NCBI GenBank assembly: GCA_964016885.1 | Contig: OZ024760.1 | Span: 2,914,001-2,978,000 of the forward strand | Length of the DNA: 64,000 nt | Reading direction: 5' to 3' | From: Eledone cirrhosa | Lineage: Eukaryota | Shown: one piece after another, positions 13,785 through 27,656 of the stretch | How the letters are laid out: each line of letters opens with the position of its first letter | Numbering within the stretch: the first letter of the stretch is position 1 | Translations under genes and position numbers: made by a program | The notes under the pieces: generated by a model | What the model saw: only the letters and a program-made list of their open reading frames with translations | Database searches by the model: none | What the model was told of the DNA's origin: nothing

Positions 13785-14702
13785 TGTGTATGAATGTTTG
13801 GATGTAAGTGTGTGTGTGTGTATGAGTGTGTAAGAATGTGTGTGTAGGAATGTGTGTAGGAATGTGTGTGATAGTGTATAAATGTGTGGATGTGTGTGTG
13901 TAAGAGTGTAAGAAGGTGTATGTGTTTATGGAGGGGTGTATCTATGAATGTCTATGTGTGTCTTGGTGTGTCTGTGTGCATGTGTATGTATGGGTGTGTA
14001 TGAATGACTGGTGGTGAGTGTATGTGTGTGCATGTGTGTGTGTAGGGAGTGTATGAATGTCTGCATATGTGTGTGTGCATGTGTATGTATGGGTGTGTGT
14101 GATTGACTGGTGGTGTGTGTATGTGTGTGTAGGGAGTGTATGAATGTCTGCATATGTGTGTGTGTGCATGTGTGTCTATGTATAAATGTACGCATATATG
14201 AGTGTGTATGAATGACTGAGTGGTATGTGTGTGTATATGAATGAGTATTTGTGTGTTTATGTGTGTATATGAATGAGTGTTTGTGTGTTTATATGTGTCT
14301 ATGTGTATGTAAGACTGTGTTTGTGTGTTTATGTGTGTATATGAATGAGTGTTTGTGTGTTTATGTGTGTATATGAATGAGTGTTTGTGTGTTTATATGT
14401 GTCTATGTGTATGTAAGACTGTGTTTGTGTGTTTATGTGTGTATATGAACGAGTGTTTGTGTGTTTATGTGTGTATATGAATGAGTATTTGTGTGTTTAT
14501 GTGTGTATATGAATGAGTATTTGTGTGTTTATGTGTGTATATGAACGAGTGTTTGTGTGTTTATGTGTGTATATGAACGAGTGTTTGTGTGTTTATATGT
14601 GTCTATGTGTATGTAAGACTGTGTTTGTGTGTTTATGTGTGTATATGAACGAGTGTTTGTGTGTTTATGTGTGTCTATGTGTATGTAAGACTGTGTTTGT
14701 AT
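13785..14702. repeat. TG-rich compound micro/minisatellite
   Basis: Direct reading. Confidence 0.9.
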
Positions 14703-14796
14703 GAGCTAATATTTAGCAGGAATTCATTAATTTATTATTACTCTCTGTAATCAATTTAAAAGTTATTCAGAATGAATGATGGACCATAATAATAAT

Positions 14797-14987
14797 AATT
14801 GTTTCTACTTTTGGCACAAGGCCAGAAATTATCCCAGTGTATTACTGGTACTTTATTTTATCGATCCCGTAAGGATGAAAGGCAAAGTTAACTTCGGCGG
14901 GATTTGAACTCAGAATGGCAAGGGCCGAAACTCTATGCGTCAAAGCATGGCGTCCGACCCTCTACCGATACTGCCAATTCACCGCCA
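14797..14987 (-). mobile_element. SINE family B (tRNA-like, ~190 bp)
   Basis: ggcggtg(a/g)attggcagtatcggtagag...gagttcaaatcccgccg (B-box)...aaataaagtaccagt...agtagaaacaattatt; more than 15 copies in the window. Confidence 0.85.
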
Positions 14988-15335
14988 ATAATAATAATAA
15001 TGATGAGGAAATTAGTGTGTACAGTGCTCAGGTGCACTACAACTCATTTTTTTTTCCATTTAGAGGGTTTTTAAAATCCCATCTAACAGACTAATTCTAT
15101 TTTGTCAAATACGGCGTAAGCACACGTTACTACCTAATTTCTAAATTTGCTAGCCGTTTCTAAACAAAGCCTGCTTTGTGTCTCCCTATTTATATACATA
15201 TATATGTATATGTATAATGTGTGCACTCCCGAGTTGTCTTGGGGTAACGAGAGTTACAAAAGGTATTCAATAAATTGGTAGAGTATAGGCAATTTTTTTT
15301 TCCCTGATGATTTCATATGAATGAAACAGTTCTAG

Positions 15336-15925
15336 TCCTGAACTGACATGACATTTCTTTAGGATACGAATGTAGACTCCATCTAACCTTCTTTCCAGTT
15401 TGGAAGTAAGGGTCCCTTCCTGAACTGACATGACATTTCTTTAGAATGTGAATGTAGACTCCATCTAACCTTCTTTCCAGTTTGGAAATAAGGGTACATT
15501 CCTGAACTGACATGACATTTCTTTAGAATGCAAATGTAGACTCCATCTAACCTTCTTTCCTGTTTGGAAGTAAGGGTCCCTTCCTGAACTGACATGACAT
15601 TTCTTTAGAATGTGAATGTAGACTCCATCTAACCTTCTTTCCAGTTTGGAAGTAAGGGTCCCTTCCTGAACTGACATGACATTTCTTTAGAATGTGAATG
15701 TAGACTCCATCTAACCTTCTTTCCAGTTTGGAAATAAGGGTACATTCCTGAACTGACATGACATTTCTTTAGAATGCAAATGTAGACTCCATCTAACCTT
15801 CTTTCCTGTTTGGAAGTAAGGGTCCCTTCCTGAACTGACATGACATTTCTTTAGAATGCGAATGTAGACTCCATCTAACCTTCTTTCCAGTTTGGAAGTA
15901 AGGGTCCATGCTAAGCAACCATACA
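15336..15925 (-). repeat. 82-bp tandem repeat (~7 copies) amplified from an RTE-type LINE coding fragment
   Basis: Minus strand reads YGCLAWTLTSKLERRLDGVYIRIL, resembling the RTE post-RT LLYGxExWTL...RLD motif. Confidence 0.75.
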
Positions 15926-16314
15926 ATAGAACAGAGGTAAAATTTGCTTGAAAGAGGTTCCATTTTATGTTGTCTTTCCCCCCTCCCGAATTAAAATTTT
16001 TTTATTAGTACCACAGTACATTTCTTTCAAAGTTTCTTTACCACTGTAATTGAAACAAAATGTAAAAAAATAACACAAAAAAAGACTACAACAGCAGCAA
16101 CAATAACAACAAAAGCCCATTAATCTTTAGAATTGTTAATATTTTTGTGTTTCACTGGTGCAGGCTGTAAAATGGCCGCCTGTCAAATACAACTTGTAAT
16201 AAATCAGCAGAGAAAATGGCGGAGGTTCCTTTTTATCTTCTTCTTCATCGGTGGCTTGGCTTGAACTTTATGTCCTCTAGCAATTAATGATGTAAACACA
16301 TGTGATGTCTAAGT

Positions 16315-16849
16315 ATATCATCGTCATCATTAGCAGTATCATCATCATCATCATCATCGTTATCACGGTTACCTTCATTATATCGTCGTCACCATCATCA
16401 TCATCATCAATGTCATCACCATTGTCATCATCGTCATCATCATCATCATCGTCATCGTCATCGTCATCATCATCATCATCATCACCGCCAGCATCGCCGT
16501 CGCCGTCATCATTATTGTCATCAGCATCGTCATCATCGTCGTCATCATGATCATCATCATCATCATCGTTATCGTCATATCATCATCATCATCATCGTCA
16601 TCATCATCATCATCGTCATCATAGTCATCATCATCATCATCATTGTCATCATCATCATTATCATCATCATCATCATCATAGTCATCATCATCATCATCAT
16701 CATTATCATCATCATCATTATCATCATGATCAATGTCATCATTATCATCATCATCATCGTCATCATCATCATCATCATCATTATCATCATCATCGTTATC
16801 GTCATATCATCATATCATCATCATCATCATCATTATCATTATGATCAAT

Positions 16850-16881
<32 letters not shown>

Positions 16882-16983
16882 TATCATCATCGTTATCGTC
16901 ATGTCGCCATCATCATCATCACTGCCATCATCATCATCATCATCATCATCACTGCCATCACCATCATCATCATCATCATCACT
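16315..16983. repeat. (CAT)n microsatellite array
   Basis: Direct reading. Confidence 0.95.
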
Positions 16984-17289
16984 TAACAATTGTCTTTTCC
17001 CTCAAAGCATGGTTTGTATTGGCCTTCACATCCTTTAATGATTTAGCATAAAATATCTGAAAGCAGGTTTGGCTGATTTCATAAGATTTACGGCATCTTT
17101 ATTGGTGGACAGATGGTTGTGAAGAGTTGCAGTGTTAGAGTAAAGACATCCATATTCATTGTGATGTCACTCAAGTATTATACAATAATGTTGTGTATGT
17201 AGCGGTGTTAATTCTTTCTTAACAACCTGTAATGAAACAGGTTTGTTAATTGAAATCTTTATAGCATCTTTACTAGTAAACAAGTCATT

Positions 17290-18210
17290 CATCATCATCA
17301 TCATCATCATCATCACCGTTTTACGTCCGTTCTTCCACGCTAGCATGGGTTAGACGTTTGTCCTGTTGTGAGCAGTGTCTGGTCGGCTGACCATGCCTTG
17401 CTCATACAGGAACTGATTCTGGCTTGATTTCTACAGCTGGATGCCCTTCCTAACACCAACCTCATTTACAGTGAGTGCTGGGTGCTCTTTTGCCGTGGCG
17501 CCTACACGTCCACTTTACAGTGTGGGCTGGGTGCTTTTTTGCCGTGGCGCCTACACATCCACTTTACAGTGTGGGCTGGGTGCTCTTTTGCCGTGGCGCC
17601 TACACGTCCACTTTACAGTGAGTGCTGGGTGCTTTTTTGCCGTGGCGCCTACACGTCCACTTTACAGTGTGAGCTGGGTGCTTTTTTGCCGTGGCGCCTA
17701 CACGTCCACTTTACAGTGTGAGCTGGGTGCTTTTTTGCCGTGGCGCCTACACGTCCACTTTACAGTGTGAGCTGGGTGCTTTTTTGCCGTGGCGCCTACA
17801 CGTCCACTTTACAGTGTGAGCTGGGTGCTTTTTTGCCGTGGCGCCTACACGTCCACTTTACAGTGTGAGCTGGGTGCTTTTTTGCCGTGGCGCCTACACG
17901 TCCACTTTACAGTGTGAGCTGGGTGCTTTTTTGCCGTGGCGCCTACACGTCCACTTTACAGTGTGAGCTGGGTGCTTTTTTGCCGTGGTGCCTACACGTC
18001 CACTTTACAGTGTGGGCTGGGTGCTTTTTTGCCGTGGCGCCTACACGTCCACTTTACAGTGTGAGCTGGGTGCTTTTTTGCCGTGGCGCCTACACGTCCA
18101 CTTTACAGTGTGAGCTGGGTGCTTTTTTGCCGTGGCGCCTACACGTCCACTTTACAGTGTGGGCTGGGTGCTTTTTTGCCGTGGCGCCTCCACGACCACC
18201 TTGCAGTGGG
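17290..18210 (-). mobile_element. SINE family A 3' part with an internal 49-bp minisatellite expansion (~14.5 copies)
   Basis: Unit ttacagtgtgagctgggtgcttttttgccgtggcgcctacacgtccact, flanked by SINE-A sequence (ggatgcccttcctaacaccaacc; ccacgaccac). Confidence 0.85.
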
Positions 18211-18646
18211 AGGTGTGGGGGCATATTGTCTATATGCTTCAGCTTGTACCCATGGGAGGTCAGGTACTCTGTATTACTGCGTGACGCCAGAGGTCATGGT
18301 CGTGTGTCATCGCCTTTGAGAGGTGCAATTGGGTAAGGTCGGCTTTTATCACCTCATCCCAGGTCATCTTGGGTCTCCCCATAACTGGTACTTTATGGTA
18401 TCTTTACTAGTAAACAAGTCATTGTGAGAAGTTATAATGGTTTCTTATATACGCACAAGGCCAGCAATTTTGGAGGAGGGGAAAGTCGATTAAATCGAAT
18501 CCAGTGCATGACTGGTACTTTATTTTATTGACCCCGTAAGGATGAAAGGCAAAGCCTTCTAGCTTATTAAGATAGACTTTTACATCTTTACTAGTAAAGA
18601 AATCATTGTGAACATTTAAAATAAGAGTAAACACTTTAATATTTAA

Positions 18647-18867
18647 CTCCTTAGCATTTACATTACTCTATATATACTATTGTATTTTCATGGTAAACAC
18701 TTTACCTCACATAATTATCTCACATAATATCGAATCTATGAGATTCTGATATTATTTATTTTGAGAACAAAACCTTAACATAAGTATGAGCAGTCGGTTA
18801 TGGCCAGTTTGAACAGAAAGAGGGGAGAGAATTCTGACCAGATACAGCCGGTTTAAAGGCTAAAGGG
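18647..18867 (-). mobile_element. piggyBac-type MITE
   Basis: TTAA at both ends; same family as 8757-9039. Confidence 0.75.
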
Positions 18868-19214
18868 TTAATGTGATGGAGTTTCAGTGTTGTGGACTTT
18901 TCTAAAGTTTTTTCCGAATGTGGTTTCATGTAGTTTGTTAATTCAAATGTTTATACTATATTTACTAGTGGACAGATTGTTGTGATATTTTGCAATATAT
19001 ATATATATATAATAGTATAACACTGGAGGGTTATATCCATAGTAGGAGAGAACACAATCCATGGGACGAGTTTGGTAGAACAGTTAGTTCACCATACTGA
19101 GAACATGTTTCACATTAAGCGGATCTTCAGCATTTGTTCTCAGTATGGTGAACTAACTGTTGTGGAACTACTTCTATATATAAATATAGATATAGATCTA
19201 CAAAACCAAATTGT

Positions 19215-19576
19215 AAAATTATATTATAAAATTAAATTAAATTGTTTAGAATTATATTATAAAATTAAATTAAATTGTTTAGAATTATATTATAAAATTA
19301 AATTAAATTGTTTAGAATTATATTATAAAATTAAATTAAATTGTTTAGAATTATATTATAAAATTAAATTAAATTGTTTAGAATTATATTATAAAATTAA
19401 ATTAAATTGTTTAGAATTATATTATAAAATTAAATTAAATTGTTTAGAATTATATTATAAAATTAAATTAAATTGTTTAGAATTATATTATAAAATTAAA
19501 TTAAATTGTTTAGAATTATATTATAAAATTAAATTAAATTGTTTAGAATTATATTATAAAATTAAATTAAATTGTT
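19215..19576. repeat. 33-bp AT-rich perfect tandem repeat (~11 copies)
   Basis: ttatattataaaattaaattaaattgtttagaa. Confidence 0.95.
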
Positions 19577-19656
19577 AGTGAAGTCATTCTTTTCCTTTTT
19601 TTAAATATACCTAACTGTACCAAGGATTTCACACATTTTCCAATATATATATTGAT

Positions 19657-19995
19657 GGAGGCACATGGCTTAGTGGTTAGAGCATTGGCCTTGCAATCGA
19701 AAGGTTGTGAGTTCAATTCTCAAACCGGGTGATGTGTTGTTTCCTTAAGCAAGACACTTTATTTCACATTGCTCCAGTTTACTCAGCTGTAGAAATGAGA
19801 TGATAGGGACTGGGGTCCCTATCATTCCACTGCAAAGTGGTCGTGGAGGGGCCACGGCAAAAAAGCACCCAGCACTCACTGTAAATGAGGTTGGTGTTAG
19901 GAAGGGCATCCAGCTGTAGAAATCAAGCCAGAATCAATTCCCGTCCCACCCTTGCAAGCAGGGAAAAAGCGGATGTAAAATGATGATGATGATGA
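19657..19995 (+). mobile_element. SINE family A: tRNA-derived head, CORE-like centre, RTE-derived 3' tail
   Basis: A-box tggcttagtgg, B-box gagttcaattc, ccttaagcaagacacttt core, tail cccacccttgcaagcagggaaa...(TGA)n shared with the RTE fragment at 27657. Confidence 0.88.
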
Positions 19996-20927
19996 TATAT
20001 ATATATATAGCTGTAAGATACACACTCTAGTGAATCAGTGCATCGTACTAACATACCTTCTGGTGTTCGTTCCTCCCCTGTTACACACAAACATTCCCTT
20101 GTCCCTCTCACCAGTGTAAATACAGCAATACATTGATTGGTCTATTGGAAACCAATATAACCAATGACATTTTTGAACACGAAATCTATGTCATCGATAA
20201 ACGAATCAATAACTCAATCGATAAACCCTATTTCTTAGATCGAAGTCAATAACAACTGTCGACATTTACATATACTCGTCTATTGTGTAGGCAGACATTG
20301 TTTAGTGTCTGGGTTTGTTGGTGGTGGGGAGGATGTGGTGATGGGGTTGTTGGTTGGTAGGGGAGGATGTGGTGATGGGGTTGTTGGTTGGTAGGGGGAG
20401 GATGTGGTGATGGAGGTTGTTGGGGGTGGGGGATAGTGGTGGGAAGGGGGAGGGCGTGGTGATGGGGTTGTTGGGGGTGGGGTGGGAGATAGTGGTGATA
20501 GTGGGGGGTAGTGGAGGTGGGAGTGGATATGATGAGAGTGATGGTGGGAGTAGATGAGATGGTAATGTGGGTGGTGGGGGTGGGGGATAGTGCTTGTTGT
20601 GGGGTGGTGGTGCCGGGGTTGTTTCTTTCTTTCTTGTTTTCACTTCTTTCTTTTCTTTCTTTCTTTCCTTCTTTCTTTCTTTCTTTCTTTTACCTCTTTC
20701 TTCTTTGCTGTTTTTAACTTTCCTTTCTTTCTTCCAGTCTTCCTTTCTTTCTTTCTTCCTTCTTTCCACTTCTGTCTTTCTCTCCTTCTTTCTTACTTTC
20801 ACTTCCTTTGTTGATAATCTCTCTCCCCGCCCCTCCTCCTACAACCCTCACACTTTCACCATTTATCTTCCTTATAACACTTTCTGTTTCTTTTATTTTT
20901 TTTTTTGTGTGTTTTTTACCAATTTAG

Positions 20928-21050
20928 GGTTTGTACCCTGAAACCCATGGAATCACAAATGATATGATGGTAGACTCCAGTATTAAATCTAAATTTGATG
21001 CCAAAGATGCTTCTTCAACTTCAGATCCAAGATGGTGGCAAGGGGAACCG
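20928..21050 (+). CDS. ENPP-like gene exon B: GLYPETHGITNDMMVDSSIKSKFDAKDASSTSDPRWWQGEP
   Basis: Acceptor aatttag, donor gtaagt; 123 nt, phase 0/0; matches ENPP GLYPESHGIIDN...P.WW.GEP. Confidence 0.95.
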
Positions 21051-21330
21051 GTAAGTTTTCATCCTTTCTTTGGGTATTTAGCAGCCTTCAGGTAAGAAAC
21101 TACATACGCAATGTACCCTTTCTTCTTTTGCCTTTTTTTTATAATCTTTTTGGTAACCAAATTTCTTGAAACTTCCCCCAGTTCTACAATAAAAAGCTAT
21201 TTATTTTTACATCCTTATCATCATTATTTAGCATCTACTTTCCTGGCTAGCAAGTGTTGGAGGGGACTACTTAGACCTTGTCAGTACAGCCTGCTTCATG
21301 GTCGAGTCGTCGGTGATTAAACCAGCTCTC

Positions 21331-23850
21331 CCAGTACCACCTGTTTTATAGTCGAGTGGTCAGTGACTAAACTGGCTCCCTTTACAAGACCCTGGTCTGG
21401 TCAGGTCAGTCTTCTGCCTTCTACTGTTACCATGTAACCCAGTACCACCTGTTTTATGGTCAAGTGGTCAGTGACTAAACTGGCTCCCTTTACAAGACCC
21501 TGGTCTGGTCAGGTCAGTCTTCTGCCTTCTACTGTTACCATGTAACCCAGTACCACCTGTTTCATGGTCGAGTGGTCAGTGACTAAACTGGCTCCCTTTA
21601 CAAGACTCTGGTCAGGTCAGTCTTCTGCCTTCTACTGTTACCATGTAACCCACTACCACCTGTTTTATGGTCAAGTGGTCAGTGATTAAACTGGCTCCCT
21701 TTACAAGACCCTGGTCAGGTCAGTCTTCTGCCTTCTACTGGTACCATGTGACCCAGTACCACCTGTTTCATGGTCAAGTGGTCAGTGATTAAACCAGCTC
21801 TCCCAGCAGACCCTGGTCTGGTCAGGTCAGTATTCTGCCTGCTACTGTTACCATGTAACCTAGTACCACCTGTTTCATGGTCGAGTGGTCAGTGATTAAA
21901 CCAGCTCTCCCAGCAGACCCTGGTCTGGTCAGGTCAGTATTCTGCCTGCTACTGTTACCATGTAACCTAGTACCACCTGTTTCATGGTCGAGTGGTCAGT
22001 GATTAAACCAGCTCTCCCAGCAGACCCTGGTCTGGTCAGGTCAGTATTCTGCCTGCTACTGTTACCATGTAACCTAGTACCACCTGTTTCATGGTCGAGT
22101 GGTCAGTGATTAAACCAGCTCTCCCAGCAGACCCTGGTCTGGTCAGGTCAGTATTCTGCCTGCTACTGTTACCATGTAACCTAGTACCACCTGTTTCATG
22201 GTCGAGTGGTCAGTGATTAAACCAGCTCTCCCAGCAGACCCTGGTCTGGTCAGGTCAGTATTCTGCCTGCTACTGTTACCATGTAACCTAGTACCACCTG
22301 TTTTATGGTCAAGTGGTCAGTGACTAAACTGGCTCCCTTTACAAGACCCTGGTCTGGTCAGGTCAGTATTCTGCCTGCTACTGTTACCATGTAACCTAGT
22401 ACCACCTGTTTTATGGTCAAGTGGTCAGTGATTAAACCAGCTCTCCCACCAGACCCTGGTCTGGTCAGGTCAGTCTTCTGCCTTCTACTGGTACCATGTG
22501 ACCCAGTACCACCTGTTTTATGGTTGAGTGGTCAGTGATTAAACCAGCTCTCCCACCAGACCCTGGTCTGGTCAGGTCAGTCTTCTGCCTTCTACTGGTA
22601 CCATGTGACCCAGTACCACCTGTTTTATGGTTGAGTGGTCAGTGATTAAACCAGCTCTCCCACCAGACCCTGGTCTGGTCAGGTCAGTCTTCTGCCTTCT
22701 AGTGGTACCATGTGACCCAGTACCACCTGTTTTATGGTTGAGTGGTCAGTGATTAAACCAGCTCTCCCACCAGACCCTGGTCTGGTCAGGTCAGTCTTCT
22801 GCCTTCTACTGGTACCATGTGACCCAGTACCACCTGTTTTATGGTTGAGTGGTCAGTGATTAAACCAGCTCTCCCACCAGACCCTGGTCTGGTCAGGTCA
22901 GTCTTCTGCCTTCTACTGGTACCATGTGACCCAGTACCACCTGTTTTATGGTTGAGTGGTCAGTGATTAAACCAGCTCTCCCACCAGACCCTGGTCTGGT
23001 CAGGTCAGTCTTCTGCCTTCTAGTGGTACCATGTGACCCAGTACCACCTGTTTTATGGTTGAGTGGTCAGTGATTAAACCAGCTCTCCCACCAGACCCTG
23101 GTCTGGTCAGGTCAGTCTTCTGCCTTCTACTGGTACCATGTGACCCAGTACCACCTGTTTTATGGTTGAGTGGTCAGTGATTAAACCAGCTCTCCCACCA
23201 GACCCTGGTCTGGTCAGGTCAGTCTTCTGCCTTCTACTGGTACCATGTGACCCAGTACCACCTGTTTTATGGTTGAGTGGTCAGTGATTAAACCAGCTCT
23301 CCCACCAGACCCTGGTCTGGTCAGGTCAGTCTTCTGCCTTCTACTGGTACCATGTGACCCAGTACCACCTGTTTTATGGTTGAGTGGTCAGTGATTAAAC
23401 CAGCTCTCCCACCAGACCCTGGTCTGGTCAGGTCAGTCTTCTGCCTTCTAGTGGTACCATGTGACCCAGTACCACCTGTTTTATGGTTGAGTGGTCAGTG
23501 ATTAAACCAGCTCTCCCACCAGACCCTGGTCTGGTCAGGTCAGTCTTCTGCCTTCTACTGGTACCATGTGACCCAGTACCACCTGTTTTATGGTTGAGTG
23601 GTCAGTGATTAAACCAGCTCTCCCACCAGACCCTGGTCTGGTCAGGTCAGTCTTCTGCCTTCTACTGGTACCATGTGACCCAGTACCACCTGTTTTATGG
23701 TCGAGTGGTCAGTGATTAAACCAGCTCTCCCACCAGACCCTGGTCTGGTCAGGTCAGTCTTCTGCCTGCTACTGTTACCATGTAACCCAGTACCACCTGT
23801 TTCATGGTCAAGTGGTCAGTGACTAAACTGGCTCCCCTTACAAGACCCCA
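21331..23850. repeat. ~107-bp tandem repeat (~23 copies) with blocks of variant units
   Basis: acccagtaccacctg recurs at 22501, 22608 and so on. Confidence 0.95.
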
Positions 23851-25295
23851 GTCTGATGAGGAGGGTATGTAGATCCCCAGCAGCTAAAAAAAAAAAAAAC
23901 AATAGTGATGGTGATGAGGATGATGAAGAAAAGCACTTAACTAAAATAACAATAACAACAGCAACAACAACAAAGGAAATATTATAGATTGTCAATTAAA
24001 TTCTTTATTTGAGACAAACAAAGTTGTGTTCTATTTGTGATAAACAGCATTGTATTTTATATGAAAGCAAAATGAAAATTTGAATATGAAAATAATTTCA
24101 AATAAAATAATTATTTGAAGCTCATTAAAAGAAGAAAAAAAATATCATTTTGTGATTTTGTAATGAATTTCTAATTATATTGTGAGACAATGAAAAAAAT
24201 GGTATTTGGTTTTGGTGTACAAGAAAAACAAACATATAGTGATGCTACATTTAAGCAGCATAACACAGTGTGGTGCTACATTTAATAATACAAGTCTTTT
24301 GTAGTCAATCATAGACCAATATAAACAAAAGAACTTTATTTTCAGTGTTGCATTTGTTTGGTAATCTTTGTTCATGAGTTTTAAAACTAGAATAATTACA
24401 TCATGAAAGAGTCTACCAATTCAGTGGTGAATGTTCCAGTTATTTAAACAACCTTAACATTGCCATAGTTCTAATGAAAGACACTGCCAATGATGCTCAA
24501 ATAATTTTGAAAATAATCACGAATTTTGAGGAATTTAGTAATATAACTAAATTTGTCATTATTGAGTTGGTGTTTGAAGCATAGCTTAACAAAGGTTTCT
24601 TCATAAAATGAAGATGGAAAGATCTTTAAATAACCTTTAACCTTTTCGTTACCATATTTCTAATGAAAGACTCTATTAATAAAAATTTCAAAATGGCTGA
24701 AACACTTGCTGAGAGTTTATTACCACTATAACTAACTTTCTCATTATTGAGCTGGTGTTTGGAACATAACCTAACGAAGGTTCCTACATGAAATTATGAT
24801 GGAAGGTTTTTAAATAAAGATACACACTTTAACCTTTTCGTTGCCATATTTATAATGAAAGACAATACCAATGATTTTCAAATAATTTTGAAAATAAATT
24901 AGCATTTAAACCAGCCATATCTGGCCAGAATTCTCTCACCTCTAACTGGCTGCTCATACTGATGTTAAGGTATTATTCTCAAAATAAATAATATCAAAAT
25001 CTCATAGATTTGATATTATGTGAGATATTATTTGAGATACAATAGTAAATATAGAGTAATGTAAATGTTAAAGGGTTAACGGTTTTTAGATAAATATAAA
25101 TACTCTATGCTTATCATATTTCTAATGAAAAACACTGCTTATGATTTTCAAATAATTCTAAAAATAATCAAGAATTTGAAAGGATTTAGTAATATAACTA
25201 ATTTTGCAATTGTTAAGTTGGTGTTTAGAACATAACTTAACAAAGTTTCTTAGACAAAATTACAAGAGGTTTTTAGATAAATATAAACACTTTAA

Positions 25296-25843
25296 CCCTT
25301 TAGCATTTAAACTGGCTGTATCCAGCCAGAATTCTTTCACCTCTATCTGTTCAAACTGGCAGTAACTGGTCACTCATACTGATGTAAAGTTATTGTTCTC
25401 AAACTAAATAATATCAAAATCTCATAGATTTGATATTATGTGTGATGAAGCCCTTACCGTGAAAATACAATAGTATATATGTATGTATGGTCCTGTAACA
25501 CCTGATGGAATCATAGTGGCACCACGTTGACATATGACGTTCCTTGGGCTTGGCCATTTTAAGTCTGGCAGAGCAGATCCCTCTCCAGGCCTGAGTACAG
25601 CAGATTTCTTCCAGAGAGAAAGGAAATAAGAAAGAGATACAGAGGAAAAATCGACCCCAGTACTAGACTGGTACTTTTTTTATCGACCTCGAATGGATGA
25701 AAGGTAAAGTTGACCTTGACAGGATTTGAACTCAGAGATCAGAAAGCTGGAACAAATACCATAAAGCATTCTATCCGACATTCTAAAGACTCTGCTAATT
25801 TACCGCCTAATAGTAAATATAGAGTAATGTAAATGCTAAGGGG
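25296..25843 (+). mobile_element. piggyBac-type MITE interrupted by a long-form SINE B (~25480-25808, minus)
   Basis: TTAA|CCCTTTAGCATTTA...TAAATGCTAAGGGG|TTAA. Confidence 0.75.
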
Positions 25844-25977
25844 TTAAAATAAACAGCTTTGTATCCTAGAACTGTGAATGGATTCTGGTGGTTTAGTATC
25901 AGAAATGGTTTTGTTAGTTTGTCTGTTTTTATTTATATTTTGTATTTTTTTTTTTTTTTTTTTTTTTAATGTTTTAG

Positions 25978-26053
25978 ATTTGGGTAAAAGTTGGACAGAA
26001 GAATAAAAAGACGATATCGTTTGGATGGCCAGGTGAAGAAGTTAATATTTCAG
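25978..26053 (+). CDS. ENPP-like gene exon C: IWVKVGQKNKKTISFGWPGEEVNIS(G)
   Basis: Long poly-T tract plus ttttag acceptor, donor gtgagt; matches ENPP IWVT...FFWPGSDV.I.G; phase 0/1. Confidence 0.93.
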
Positions 26054-26812
26054 GTGAGTTAGGAATTTTTATTCACTAGTTATTTATTATACCATAGGCT
26101 GACGCGTCTGTGTATATATATGTGTGTGTGTGTGTATGCGCATACATTTATATGTATGAGTGTATAAATATAAACGTGCAAACACAGACACACTTACAAA
26201 AATATACTGACACACATACATTCACACAAACACACACATAAATTCACACAAACACACGCATAGACTCACATGCAGCGTAGTTTTTTCACCATCCCCTTCC
26301 TTCCTTTGACACACACATGCATTCACGCAGGCAGCAGATGTAAAGAGAGCGGAGTAGTATGAGGTAGTCAAACTACTCCTCTCTCTTTACGTGTTGTGAC
26401 AGAATCACAGAAATTTATATATAACTTCATTCATTCTTTACATCTGATACCAGTGCCATGATGAGGTACCTCCTCCAGCTCACCCTGTCCAGCTGCTGTC
26501 TGAATTTCCCTTGCCTCCAACCCAGTGTCATCCTCAAGAACATTCTTCAGCATGGTGGTTTGCTTCTCAACTGGTCTGCACTTATCAGGTTTCCAGAAAA
26601 GAACTCTAACAACAAGTTCATTGTGACGTGTTTGGCTAATGTGAGCCTTCTAAACCTTATGACAAAGGTTCTCAAACATTTTGGGCCACTGCCCCACTCT
26701 CACAGCCATGTAACACCCTCAGCACCCCAACCCTATTTCCAGAGAGACCTGCCTACATGCAAATTGTGAATAATATATAATAAATAAAATCATTCATATA
26801 TATATAATAAAT

Positions 26813-27257
26813 AATTGTTTCTACTTTAGGCACAAGGCCAGCAATTACCCAGTGCATTACTGGTACTTTATTTTATCGACCCCGTAAGGATGATAGGCAA
26901 AGTCAACCTCGGCGGGATTTGAACTCAGATCGTAAAGGGACGTAACTATGCTGGAAAGCATGGCGTCCAACCCTCTACCGATACTGCCAATCCACCGCCC
27001 TATATATATATTAAATAATATAATATATACTATGTATAAATAAATATTATATATTTTTTATTTTACTATATTGTTTCTACTTTAGGCACAAGGCCAGCAA
27101 TTACCCAGTGCATTACTGGTACTTTATTTTATCGACCCCGTAAGGATGAAAGGCAAAGTCAACCTCGGCGGGATTTGAACTCAGATCGTAAAGGGATGTA
27201 ACTATGCTGGAAAGCATGGTGTCCGACCCTCTACTGATACTGCCAATCCACCACCCT
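26813..27257 (-). mobile_element. Two tandem SINE B copies
   Basis: Same family as 14797-14987. Confidence 0.85.
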
Positions 27258-27656
27258 TTTATTTTACTATATTGATATATAATATGTATCATTTGATATT
27301 TAATATATTATTATATCATCTCTAAAGTTCTTATTTAGTAATATAAATAACTTTCTCATTAATGAGTTAGTGTTTGGAACTTAACTTAACAAAGGTTCCA
27401 ACATTAAATTATTATGGTAGGTTTTCAGATATATATAAACAAAATAAGCAGAACCAAGGGTGGTTTCAAGAAGTTTGGTATTAAATAGGTAAAGCTGGTG
27501 CTTGGAACATAACTTAACAAAGGTTCTTACATAAAATTATGATGGAAGGTTTTCAAATAAATACAAACACTTTAAAATAAACAGTTTTGTATCATAGAAC
27601 CAGGGGTGTTTCAAGAAGTTTGGTATTAAATAGGTAAAGCTAGCTGATGTTTGGAA

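Noticed and set aside
19657-19730. tRNA genes at SINE heads
   Set aside because: A and B boxes are present, but each continues into a SINE body; these are not stand-alone tRNAs.
21331-23850. CRISPR-like appearance of regular arrays (also 17470-18190 and 45890-47260)
   Set aside because: Head-to-tail tandem repeats without unique spacers; eukaryotic context, no cas genes.
26338-26392. Hairpin containing tgaggtagt (let-7-like seed)
   Set aside because: The match is only 9 nt and spans the loop; the rest does not resemble let-7. Probably a small inverted repeat.
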